Source: Thalia democratica (Eukaryota). Taken from it: a stretch of 64,000 nt of DNA. Below, in pieces: positions 25,784 to 39,400 of the stretch (the stretch's first letter is position 1; each line of letters starts with the position of its first letter). Where the stretch lies: NCBI GenBank assembly GCA_965202585.1, contig OZ241827.1, positions 52,266,001-52,330,000 on the forward strand. Direction: 5' to 3'. A program made the translations under genes and the position numbers. The notes beneath the pieces are model-generated. The model saw nothing but the letters and a program-made list of their open reading frames with translations. It was not told where the DNA came from and made no database searches.

Positions 25784-27493
25784 CTCGAGAATATAGCAGT
25801 TTGATTTGATAACACTTTTAAAAACTTTTAATGGCAAATACAAAAAATTTTTAATCAGTTTTTTCTCAGACCTATTATAACTTGAGAGGAAATGAGAAAA
25901 AAATAAAATGTAAATATATTTTTAATAACAGTCAGTGTCAAAATTATTTTATCTGCAGAACAATAAATATGTGGAATAAGTTACTGCAGGATGTGGTTTC
26001 GTGTGGGAGGGTGGAACATTTTCGACTAAAAGTAAAAAAAAAAAGATTTAAATAATATAAACACCAGTTAAAAACAGTGATTATCGATTAAAAATTTATG
26101 ATAATGATGGTTAGAAGTAATTTTTAATTACTTATTTCAAAGTATTAGTATCACTGAGAATAATTCCCTACGCCTTCCCCCTACAGATTATAAACTGTTA
26201 TATATAATTTTTGTAAATGTGTAATCTTTTATAGTCAATACATATGTTTATATATGGAAACTTATTTTTTTTGTGCATACTAAGTTATATTTGATCTCAC
26301 AGGACCATTTGTTTGTGTTTTTTTTTTGTGTATTGTTCAAGCGGCTCAGGTTTTAATGCCCGAGTCCATCTTCGCACAATAAACTCCAATAATAATAATA
26401 ATTTATACGAAAACATCCCTGATGCTTTGATCTAAACAAGTACTTACAATGCTCAATGTAGTAAACTTCCATAAAACTCATGGCATAAATGTTCTTTATA
26501 GTTATATACTTTGATTTTACTGCAAAAACTTCAACCAAACTAAAAAATATTTTCTATAAAAAATGTAACAAATAAACGAAAGCAATAAGTGAATTGAATT
26601 TATTCAAATGCATAAGATTTTCAACTATATTGACGACTAGGCATGCTCTAAAAGTCATATAAACATACTTTTCAAGAAAAAATTCAACAAAAAGTCATGA
26701 CAGGTTTATTTACATAAAAAAATATGAGTAAATAAAAATGAAGAGCGTTGCTATTATTATTATTTTTGAATAATACAAAAACTTTGACAGTAACCAAACT
26801 TAAAATTGTTTTATACTAACTTTATTTTAAATTTATCTGATCAAAACAAAATTTTGCCTTTTAAAGTGAAGAACAATCTTTTATAACAAAGCAGCATAAA
26901 AAGAAACAAAATTTATTTTTGTTGCTTCTTGGGCTCAAAAAAAAGAGGAAAAAAGAAACCAACAAACACTAAAAACTATTAGTTGCTAAACTAAAAAACA
27001 ACAATTTTCAGTGAATGATTTGCTGTATGGCTTAAAAGTCTTACTTTTGCCAAATAGAACTGTTCAACTTATTATAGAAGATTAATTTGTCAAAGATATT
27101 TAAATAAATTTATACATAAAAGTTTGAAACATATTTCAAGTTCATAACAAAGTATATACATTTAAAACTAACAAAAACTTTTTAAGTGTTTAACTGCATA
27201 AAGTGCGAAAACAAAAAACTAGAGATCAGCACAGTTAAAGTTGTCAGAGGACTAGGAAAAAATATTTGGTAACAAATTTTATTAAAAACTTACTTGAATT
27301 TGAATAGCTTGAACGTTTAAAATAAAAATAGAACTAATATCCAAAGGCTTCTCGTTAAAAATTTGCAAAATCATGCCGATCAGAAGCCCGCCAAATTTTC
27401 GCGCGCCTTTTTGGAGAAGATTGCACAGAACAAGAGTTGAATGAAAAATAAAAATTCTCTCTGATTGGTTGCCGGATGTCGAACGGAGAGCTC

Positions 27494-30400
27494 TCATTGG
27501 CTGCTTGATGTTACCACGTGATCGCTTATAAAGTCCATGAACCGTTTGGCGTACTGTGAAGGGCCGATGCTGGATATTTCTGCTCCGTGCTAAAGTTGTT
27601 TGTGTAAAAAAATAGTTAAAATAATGAATACTAAACTGATCTTAAATTTAATTTTGGGAAACTAAAATACGAAAATATTTAAAAACTTCATTCCTGTATG
27701 AACTTGGTGATCGAACAATAATGTTACAATTGTTAATGAGCTATAAAAAAAAAAGGCTTAATCTATATATTTTATACAAAATCATAATGTTACTACTTAC
27801 TGATAATATAAAAAAACCTATGGTCCCTTCCAATTAGATTTCTCAAAAAACTAATCTTAAATAAGAGCTTTTTTGCTCTTCATAACTTCTAGAATATCTA
27901 AATAAGTTTTGAACTATGGTCTTATTACCCCTCTGCAGCTTATGGTCCCTTTTTTTTCTAAAACGGCCTATTTCGGGAAGCTTTTGTTTAATGTAAGTTT
28001 AAAAATTTCCCGTAATATCTAGTGTAAGTTTAAAATTATGGTTGTAACCCTGCTTTATAGCATCAAAAATAAAGCGTGAGTAATTAAAAAATAAGCTAAG
28101 TTTAATTTTTGTTATAATTGTATTTACGTTAATTATAATTTATCTTGCTTAATATTACTAAAATTTAATTAATTAACCAATCACCTAATCAACTAATTAC
28201 TTATCTAAAACTATATAAAATGTTTGTCCGTTGTAACTTGTTAGTTTGTTTACTTTTTTACTTGTGATCATCGCACTAGCGTGAAACAATTGTTAAGTAA
28301 TAAACTTTTTAACAATTTAACTTTTGTCATAATTGTAAGCTTAATTAAACAGTAAAAAAAACGCTTAGTATAAGCAAAGTATATGACCAAATACTTAGGT
28401 TAGCTTTGTAATAAACATTTAGGTGGTAACAGCTATAATTTATCATGAAAAAAAAGTCATAGCAAAAATTAGCTGGACATCTAAAAGAAATCAAACTAGC
28501 CTGAAACTTTTACAGCTTGTCTAATAGTCAGCATAAAAACTGAAAACTAACAAAAAACACACCTTGAGTATCGTCGAACTTAAAAGTAAACAAGAACTAT
28601 TCTAACCACACTTGAAAAAAAAATCTGTAAGTTAAGCAAAGTGTCTCGTGCTCAACTTAAACAAATACTCCTCAAGAATACAAAACTCACGTTCACAGCG
28701 CGCTCTTCGACCTCTTGTTCTTCTTATCAGAGGAGAACTTCCTGTTCGCCTTCTGGTTTACCGGGGTTCCCACCACGCGATGGCGGTACAGCTCATCGTT
28801 GCTGTAGCAGTGCCTGAGCACCTTGAGGTCGGGACGGAATTTGGCCAGGTTGCCGCAAGACAAGGAGTGGCAGTCCCCCGTCGCCTGGTCGTCGTTAGAG
28901 GTGGCTTGTTCGAGTCGTTGGATCAACCGGTGCGCGTACACCCTGGGAGACTTGACTGAAAAATCCGCTCCCAGCTGAACGGTATGTTGGTAAAATAAAA
29001 ATCTGACTTTCAACAAACTCAAACAAAATTACTTTATTTTATCTCTCAACTAACAGACGACTGAAACAAAACTATGTTTTAACTGAAAACTTTATGTTAA
29101 AACTAAAACTGTTACTCCATGCTTAGCGGTTTTCAAAAAATAAAATGTTACAAAAAATGACTATTTCAACTAACAAATTGATGTTTACATAAAACTATAA
29201 ATTAACAAACAGCTGAATGAAACAAAACAATTATTTCAACTTAAAATTTGACGCTAGAAATATAAATGATGAAAAAAACATTTCAGCAAACTAAAAGCTC
29301 AAACAAAATTACTTTATTTTTATTTTATTTCTCAACTAACAACTGACTGAAACAAAACTACTTTTTCAACCACCAACTTGAGGCTATTAACCAAATTTTT
29401 TCAAAATAATATTATGTTACAAATTACCCCGTGCTTGGCGGTTTTCATGGCGTGTGCGGCCTTTTTTTTGGTGTCGTAGTGGGTCAGTATGTCTATGAGG
29501 CCCATGTAGTACACCTCCCGTTTCGTTGAATCTGTACGAAATATTCAAGCATTAAAAGTTTATACAGTACTGTTAGAAACTAAGTTATTAGTATCACATT
29601 AAACACTATCAAAAATAAGCATTAATTTCATATTTAGTTTTATTTAAAATTAAGTATTAATATTTTGTTCGATATTAATTTCCAGCTAATATGTGTCAAA
29701 TATACTTGCAAACTGACTTGCAGCGGAGTTGATCGCGTAGAACTGCCCGTAATCAGCTTCGATTTCGTTTTCACAAATTTGCGGCGACATGGGTCCGCCC
29801 GCGAACTCCGTGGGACTTTCCGGCGGGGACGAGGAACCTTGGAAGTTGAAAAATTACAGTTGATTGGCATGGATATGTGTAAAACAAGAGCAAGAACTTT
29901 TTTTCCACGAAAAAAAAGTAATTGTCAAGTTCATTATTACATAGATTAAAAGTTGTTTGAAACAGAATTTGATAGCAATGAAGAATCTAAACCTTGTTTG
30001 ATTTGAATTTTTTTTCTATTCAAGTTTCTACATATTAAACCAACTAAACTTAACTTTATAGATATATTTACGTCAGAAAAAATATAAAATTTCTTATAAA
30101 AAATAACAGTTTTATCATAAAGTTTAAACATTTTTTTTGGAATTTGCTTGTATTTTAACGTTTACATGTTTTTAAATACAACATGAATTGGAATTATTTT
30201 AAAAATTAAGCTATAATAATCTTGACTTTAAATTTTCTAAAATTAAATGTAATTAGTTTAAATGTTACCGTTAAAAAATTGAGTTGTTTAAAATTTGTAG
30301 GTTTAATTTATGTTTACCTATACGAGATTTTGCTTAACTATTTTAAGTGAGAAATGACGTTTTGAAACATTTGTATGTATACATCTATAATGTAAATAAT

Positions 30401-33400
30401 TAAGTCTACATAGATAAACAACTGTTTTTTTTTTATAAACTTAAAGAGTTTTTCCAGTAAAAAAGAGAGTGAAAATAACTGCCTTTTACATAAAACTAAT
30501 ACACAAACTTATGATTTTAAGTTTAAAACCTACTTAATATTTTACAAAGTTTAAATAAAATTAAAATTTATACGCTTATCTATATGTATTTTTAAGCTTT
30601 TTACAAGTAAATCATTAAATAAAAGTTTAGCTTTTAATAACTTGTAGGTATAGACATACAATTGTATAATTTCTACAGAATATACTTAAAAGTGATCTAG
30701 AACCTGTCGGACAATAAGACAGTTGAGTTTACTAAAACAAGAGCTTACAAAAGCTTTCATACAGTCAAAAACATTCTAATCATTCAGTAATACCTGCACA
30801 GTTGTCATCGGTGGAGCTGTCAGTGTTTTCACTTGAAACGTCGCTGTTGTGTATTCCCACCAGCAAGCTGTAGTCCATCAGCTTCAGCTTGGCCAGAAAC
30901 TGTTTCAATCAGGTTTAATGTAAAAAAAATATCCAAGATTTATTATGTTTTAGAAAGTTTTTTCTAGGTTTTATAGTGTCAAAAAGTAGTGGTTTTGATA
31001 GAAAAAACTAATTTACAGTTTTTTTTTAATAACAACTTTTTTGTTTATCTATTCTGTTTATTAATAATTAGAATTTAATAAGTTTTGTGTGATAGACATG
31101 TATAGTATCAACAAATTATTAACCAAAACTAACTACTACTACTTATACTAATATATCATACAATCGAAATTTCTGATAATTTATTAACAAAATGAACTAA
31201 ATCGATAGTATTAAACGATTAGTGTTAAGCGAGCACTTAGTTTGGAGAAGAAAACTTATCACGGATCTAAATATTCTTTAAACGTTTTATAAATAAGCTT
31301 TTCTTACGCATACTGAATACTTAAGCAAGCATAATTAATTAAAATCTAGTTAGAAAAAAAGCTTAAAATATTAGATATATTTTACTTGCTTTTGAAGTAA
31401 AACAATCATACAACGATAAACTTGTATTATGAAAATATAAACCTACCTGTTTCAACGTTTTATTTATAAACCCTTTAAATACTCTGAAGCTTTTTAAATT
31501 AATCCGCAAAGTGAACTAAATAAGTTTGTAGACATTTCAACATCAATCATCTTTAAAGTTATGTAATGCTAATGGGAATTGATGAGACAAAGCATGAAAA
31601 GTACAGGGTAATTAAAAAAAAGAGAAACTTATAATTTTCCATAAGTATAATGGTGAAAATTAAAATTGCTAAAAATATAACTAATAAAAAAATGTAAGAA
31701 GACGCAAGTAAAAACATCGAGAAAACTTAGAAAAAAAAAACATCATAAAACATAATCTTTAACGGTGGTAGAAAAACGTTTAAATATTTTTAAAAATAAC
31801 ATAATTAAAAAAACGCAACCACATGTAAGTAACAACTTTTCTTACCTCGGCATCGTTTTTGAGCTTGGTGAGAAATTCCTCTCTGACGCTTTGATCCAGG
31901 TGCAGCTTGATATTCGCTTTGACGAAGTCGTTGTCCTTGAACGTGGGCAGGTCCTTCTTCTTTTCCTTGTCGCTCGCATCCCTCTGCACCGTCGAGCCCT
32001 GCAGACAATTTAATTTGCATAAAACATGAGTTCTTTTGAAAAACTAAAAAAACTTAATATTAATTTTGCTGTTTAATCTCTTACCATCAAATATTTTTTG
32101 TTCGTGTAAATAGTTTTTGGTGATTTTTAATTTTGTTCGAACATGTGACACCGATATAAATGATTAAGTTTGGTATAATTATAAATGGTAAAAGTACAAA
32201 CGTTTTGCAATAACTAAATATCGCAATGTTATGGTCCAATAGACATTTTAAACTTTTTATTACACTTCTATAAAACAAACAGCAAATTATTAATTGTAAT
32301 TTTCAAGTTTAGTACTTTATAAATAGTGCTACAAAAACATATAAACTTTGAATACTGAAGAAAAAAAAAAAAAAAGGAAATTTTTATCTATACATAATAC
32401 CTTAAAAAAAAAACCTATTTAAAATTTACGATGTCAACTAAAATACGTCAAACAAGTTATTTTTACTAAAATTTGATTCAACACGGAATTTTAACAAGAA
32501 CTTAAATTATTCTTAAAACAACGGAATAAACTTTATTCTAAAAATAATTTAAATATTCAAGTTTATTCTTTACAAATAAACAAGGTTAAATAAGTGATTC
32601 ATTCAGCTTCTAGTATATTCTAAACTGTGTAAAAATGTAAAATTAAAAAAACGTATTAAATTTTTTTGATGTCAATCTAAAGACGTCAAACAGTTATTTT
32701 TATTAAAATTTGATTCAACACGGACTGTTTAAAAAAATTTTTTATTTTGAAATCGAACAAACAAACTTCATTTCAAAAAAAAAAGTTTGTTAAGTGATTC
32801 ATTTCTGGTAAATTTTAAACAGCGTGAAAATCTTATCTTCACAATGACGTGCGCTTTTGTTGAAAACAAGTGTTTAAAGTCTAAAAATAACTCACCCATA
32901 CTCGAATAAACTTCCCGTTATTTAAAAACACAATAAACAATGCAGCGAAAGATATTTTCCCAATAATTTAATTGTAATACAAGATTTTATGCTCAATTTG
33001 ATTAAAATATCTAAGTATTGTGTTCAGGTTTCGTTTAAAGTTTTTTTAAGTCAACAGAGAGAAATATGAAATTAAACTGTAAAAAGAAAAATATTTTTAC
33101 ACTGGTAAAATTTTAGTCGAAAAAACTTTGAGTTTAGTAAGAAAAGTATTTAACTAATAGATAAAATTTTACTAAAGCTATAATACATATATTCTACTAT
33201 TTTATCTTATATTGATTTTCATTGATACTCATAACTTAATTTATTTAATGAGTATTTTAGAGCGTAATAAAAAATCATTGATAGTTTCTAATGTAAACAT
33301 ATGATTTAGTCATAATTATGGGTTGCATTAAGAAAATATCATGTACTGTAGTCCTTTTAAAGCTGTTTAAAATACTTTTGTACAAACTATCTCGTTGCTT

Positions 33401-36400
33401 ACTCATTGTAATACATGCAGCAGTTTTCGCACACAATTAATACTTTACAGCATCTAAAAACACGCAAAAACTTCAGTAAACAACACAAAATTTTCTGATA
33501 AAAATGTTGAAAAAACAGCCAAAAAAAGCAAATCAACAAAGGCTGGAAAAAAAAGAAACAAGGTGAACAGTTTGTTTGTGATGTAAAAGTTTTTCTACTT
33601 TTCAGATGCTGAACACCTGCACAGTGAAAAAAGCTCAGTTGATTAAATAGAAGATAGACGAAAACTTTCACTGCTGGCGAGCTGCGTTGCGACTTTATTA
33701 AATTTTAATGAAGCTTTCCGCAAAGCGAAGTTGAGCTCTTCCAACTTTTTCAGAATCAAGCGGTTTTGCATGAGAATGTTTTTGTGAAACTGAGCTGGAA
33801 GTTTCGGAACGATTCAAAGTTTTCAAACAACTACTGGCGCAACTGTGAGAAAATGTTTGCTTTTGTGAAGCAATTAATAAACAAATATTTAACCTCTTTA
33901 GAGAAAATGTAGCGCCTGCAAAACAAGTTCCCTATAAAGAATAAACAAAATGCTTACTTGCTGGTTTTTAAAGTTAAAAAAACTTGCGTCTAATCACAAT
34001 GGCTAAAAAACAATAGTTTTTTGTGATAATTATTGAAAAAGTAAAATAATGTAAAACCCGTAAATTATAAATGAACTTGTATGTTAATTTATCAATTAAC
34101 CTGCTGTTGTTATGAAAACTTAGCAAAACAAAACAGTATGTTACATATCATATAAAACATTCACTATATACAGTTTTCAATGAATTTAATTGTTAATAAA
34201 TTGTTATATGATATACTTTGAGTTTAAAACATTATAAAAAGTTACTGATTTAAACAACCATAAAAAAAAACATGTTTGAGGATAAAACATGAACTTCAAC
34301 AACTTTTACAAGAAAGTTTATATTGTGCAATAAATTATTGATTTTAAAAGTAGCAGAAGTGATTTGTTTTTTATAATTGAGCTGAAGGCGGAAGTAACGT
34401 TTAGAAAATTTACGTTGGTCAATTCTTAATCACACACTTTTCTTTTTACTATACAAAACAATAGTAGTCGTGCAAACAACTTAATGCGTCTTATTATAAT
34501 TGAATGACTGAAAAAATTTCAAGTTTCTTTAAAATTTTCTTAAAAAATCCTGCTTTTTGAAATACTTTTTTTTAAATAAGTTAAAATTTTATTGCAAAGT
34601 TGTACAATTTATTTGTTGCACAGTGGTTAAAGCAGTTTTACCAGCTATACTTATACAACATACATGTTTATAAACACTTATGACTTACAAAAATACTAAA
34701 CGTTGTTATACTTAAAATTAAGTGATAGGAAAAAAAGTTACTAAATAAAGAAAAACTAAAATTGAGTTGATAAGTATACTACTTTTCCTATAATTTAAGT
34801 TGAAAAAAAATGCTAATAACAAAAACTTACTTGAACATTACTTAATATACTGAAACTAGAAAAATAGCAGCTACTTAAGTTACATAACAATGTCAAAAAG
34901 TACTATTATTTTATCTTTTAAATATTTATATCATGTTTGCTTAATGCTATTTTGAATGTCTTATTTTACTGTGATAAAGGTGTAAAAAAGGTTTTACATA
35001 AAAAGTTTATCTAACAGATTCTAATTACATTACAAACTTTCTCCCAGTAGGGCTCTTCAGTTGTAAGTCAAATCTAAAAAGTAGAATAATTAACTAGTTG
35101 GAAGATATTACAACTACACATCAAAAACAAAACACAACAGACTATTGTTTTAGATTTAATTTACAACTAAAAAGCCTTACACGGCGTAACATTGTTTTTA
35201 ATTAGAATCTGTCAAATAAAAACTCAAAAATTTGTTTACAAAACTTGTACTTATATGAGTTGAGAAATAAAGGTACAATGAAAAAAAATCACTGCATACT
35301 GATTTAATTCACACTGTTCAAGTATGCACAAATTCTGTTATAAAAAAAAAAAAAAAAATTAAAATATAATTTTATTAAAAAATGCTTAACTACAACAGTA
35401 CTTGCAAAACTTAAAAAAATATTATAAAGAACATACTAATTAACAATATACTATTTTAAGTAGATTTTCAGTACTTTTGCTGTTTAATTGAGAATTTTTT
35501 TTATATATCTAAAAACCAAGTAGAAAAAATACTTTTTACCATTATATAATTTACTGGTTAGAATATTTTCCTAAACATTGTTAGAAAAAGTTTTAAAAGT
35601 TGATTTTGAAACAAAATTTATTAGTAAAAACATTTATTTATACTATGTTAAAATAAATTGACTAGTACTATAAAATAATTCAATACACCAAATATAAAAT
35701 TTAAAAAAGCCAAAATAATTATTAATAATTATGGCTTTTAAAATACTAATTAAAAACCTTAACTCAACTTTTCTTCAACCACTTAATATTTTTTCATTCA
35801 ACTTTTTTTTTACTAAACAATTTAACACAAAAACTACCTTGAGGTCGTATTTGGTCTGAACGCGGTGCTTGGGACTGAACACGTTCTTCATCACTATCAT
35901 GTAGTGCTCGCTGTTATTGAGAGTCAGCCTGTACATTCCCATGTACTGCGGCAATAACGTCTTGCAACTGTGCTCCACTACGTACTGAAAGTTATCATAT
36001 TGGGTGTTTGTATGCATTTAATAACTTTTTTCATAACTTTCACCATGTTCTGTATGTTTAATACTAATAAGCTGAATAAGCACATATAGCACGTAAGTTT
36101 TGGTTACTTTCTTAATATACATGCAGCTGTGCTCAACTACATACTGTATGTTTTGTTTGGAAATTACTATTTATTTTTTAAAGTTTTATAAATAGTGTAC
36201 TTGCTAGTTTAGTATTTTACTTGTGATCGTTTCAGGTGAGAAAAAATTTGACCTTCACAAATAATTAACAAAATAGTGCACTGTTTGATAACTATGCTGA
36301 TCTGCAAATAGTTTTAAATTTTTCATAATAAATACTTTCATTATTTTCTTAAAGAGCACTCTTAAGACAGGTCACTATTAGCACATCATATTTGCAATTC

Positions 36401-39400
36401 TAACCTATATATTACAGGAACTGTTAAAAAGAAAAAGGTTTTTTAAATGGAAATAATTTTAAGATGAAGAAAAGTTAAATTTTTGGACGTAGTCTGCATA
36501 GAAGTTGACCAAAAAAACATAAATACTATAAGAAAATAATAATTTTTTATAAATAAAAACTTATTTACAGCTGTTGCAACTAAAATAATTTATACCAAGT
36601 TAAGCAAACTTAGTAAAAAAAAAGACTTTATAAATTTAATAGTTGGCATGGTAGTTTAAAAGAAAACAAACTAAAAATTGAAACTAGTATATTTCACAGT
36701 TGATACTTTAAACATATAATTTTAAATCAACCTAATGATGTTTTAAAACTTTTAAGATTGTTTAAATAAAATAATATTCATGGTAGGTAAAAAAACATAA
36801 GATAAAACTTTATAGATCTTATCTTAGTAATTCAAGCAAGTAAACAACATATAATCTTTAACTTAATGCTTTGGTAGTTTGTAGTACAACTTGTGCAACA
36901 TACTTATTTTATTTCAAACAAACAAACCTGATGATACTTTGGAAGAAGTTCGTGCATCTCGGCTATGTCCTCGCTCGACAGCGTCTTGATGACGAACCTC
37001 TCGTCGAATGACAAGAGGAACCTCGCTCCCGACCTGCCCGAATTGTCCGTTCTGATTGGCTGGCTGAAGCACAGCGAGTTCTGTGATTGGTTTAGAAATG
37101 AGCTTGATTAATTAATATGAAGTTATATGGGGTGCACGACAACCAAATTCTGGCAATTAAAATTTTAATAATTCTGAGTTATTGTTTTTATTAATAGTTT
37201 TTTTCAGATTTTTTATCATCATAATCTTATTATTTAGACGTTTAAGCGCATTTTTAAATATATACTACTTTTTGAGGTATGGCCACCTAAACATTTTTAA
37301 AATAATTTGAACTATTATGTAACAAGTTATATGCATGTTCACCGAAAAAAGTGCGCATTAAATATACTTTATTTAGCAACTAATATTTATTTATTTATGT
37401 GCATACATCGTATAATGAACAGTTTAACTTCAAGTCTGGTAATTTTAAAGCAAAAGTGCACAAAATAAATATAATAAAGACTATTAAATTATAATTAGTG
37501 TTAAACATAAATGTTAGTATATAGCTTTCTGGGCACATATTTTCATATCAGTAACAATTTCTGCATATTCTTTAAGTGTCATTTTTATCAGAAAAAAAAA
37601 CTTGTTATTCTCATATAATTAAGTTTCAGTACAAAAAGCTGAAGTAAATTAAGTTCATTAAAAAATTCTTAGATTATTTATGTTATTTGTTTACGTACGT
37701 AAGAAGAACGAAGCACATGATGTATTTATTGAGAAAATTTAGTAAACATTTTAAGTGCCTATTATGATGATATAAATTATAAAGTTTAAAGACACTTATT
37801 AAAGTTCATAACTTAAAAAAAAGCAAAATGGTAATCAATTATTAAAGAAGACAGTCTTATAAATAATTAAATATACATGATAAAAAATTCCAACTTTTAA
37901 AATCTAAAAAATTGAATAAATTAAAAATTAAAACTTAATGTTATGTAAACAAAAAACATTAATCTAAACTAAAAGACAAAAATAAAAAATAAGAATGAAG
38001 GAACACATAGTAAGAATGAAAAGTATAAATTTATTAGTTTAAAAAAAACTTATAAACTGTTTATATATAAAAAAATAGTCTTCACTTAAAAATATTTTAT
38101 ACTTACTAAAATAGGCTTTAAACAAAAATCAAAAACTAATATTCGAAGATATCACAATAATCAACACCATATAGCCAATATCTCACCACATAATCTTTTT
38201 CAGTTATGCCAAAAATTTCACGCAGTCTGCGAAACACAACTGGACAATACTCTTTCACTTTGAAGTGGCTCGGAAGATTCTCCCTGATAATAAACAGTAC
38301 TTGTTACATGTAGAACAACACTGAACTAATTAAGAAGGATACAAATATAATGTTAATATATTTAGAAAAAGGTACAGTAACTAAGAAAAGTTAATAAAAA
38401 GTATAAAAAACGTAGTTAAAAAGTATAGTTATTATTATAAGTTGCAGATTTAATTATTTTATACATTAAATTATAAAAAAAGTCTACAACATTATATATC
38501 AGTTATAATTAAATATTTAAGTTATTTAAATTTGTAATTTTGTTCTAAACGAAGAATCAGAAAATTTTAGGAGAACAAATCATGAACATTTTTGTGTGTT
38601 TAAACGTTGCATAAACCTTATATACGTTCTTACTGTATAGCTAGTCTTTTACTAAAAGAAGACTAGTAAGCATAAATAAGACTTAGTAGCCTTTGTGACT
38701 CTGACGTTATAGGTAATGCATACTGTTTGCAAAGGTAGTAATGATAATATATAATTGCTCACTATACCTGGTTTCTCAATAGCATTGAATGTTTAAATTA
38801 CAAAACAGCAAAACTAAAACATAGTCTTTATTTGCAGCTGTAATGTGTGAGAGTAAGCATCTTTATTTGTTTATATTATACAACATCACTGTCTGTGGGC
38901 TGTAAAATAAAGGAGCTTCTGATTGGCTAAAAATACATTTCTGTTTATTTTAAGTTTTATTTAATAAAACATTTGTTTGTTATATGTCTGACTAAGGTAG
39001 GTTAGGGGTAATGTCTTAGGTTTAATATTTAGTGTGAAATTGGTTAGGAATAAGATTTAGATGTTATTAATGTACTGCTGTATTAATACCTTATCTCATT
39101 TGCACAATAGTATAAAAACCTTTCTAATGCAGCAGACCTCATCATATCTACAGATTCAACACAAACTTATGATAAGTTTCCTTTAAAGCTGTAACTAAGA
39201 TATTTTTACTGACAAGTTTTACTAGCTGCACTGCCTTATTATATAATTGAAAACTTAATCATATTAGTTATTTTCTTTGTCAAATGGAAAGCGAAAAGTT
39301 TCAGTTTATATAAGAACAATCAATAATAAGAACAATCAATAATAAACTAAAACAAACTAAGCAGAAAGCTACAACACAAATAAAAAACATGGCGTATATA

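Larger units (their letters stand above)
22490..26080 (+). mobile_element. 5'-truncated, frameshifted CR1/L2-group LINE (end of endonuclease + RT), with two insertions
   Basis: CDYNLISF (SDH-like), TDIKKAFDSV, SGVLQGGVIGPLLF, LFADDTKVF (~24020-24045), KDLGI and VRPKLEY are present. The sequence resumes after the hAT insertion at 25784. Confidence 0.85.

Noticed and set aside
27380-27600. Plus-strand promoter-like array (ATTGG boxes, CCACGTG, TATAAA) resembling an ER-stress element
   Set aside because: These bases are the minus-strand terminal coding exon and 3' UTR of PIP4K2.
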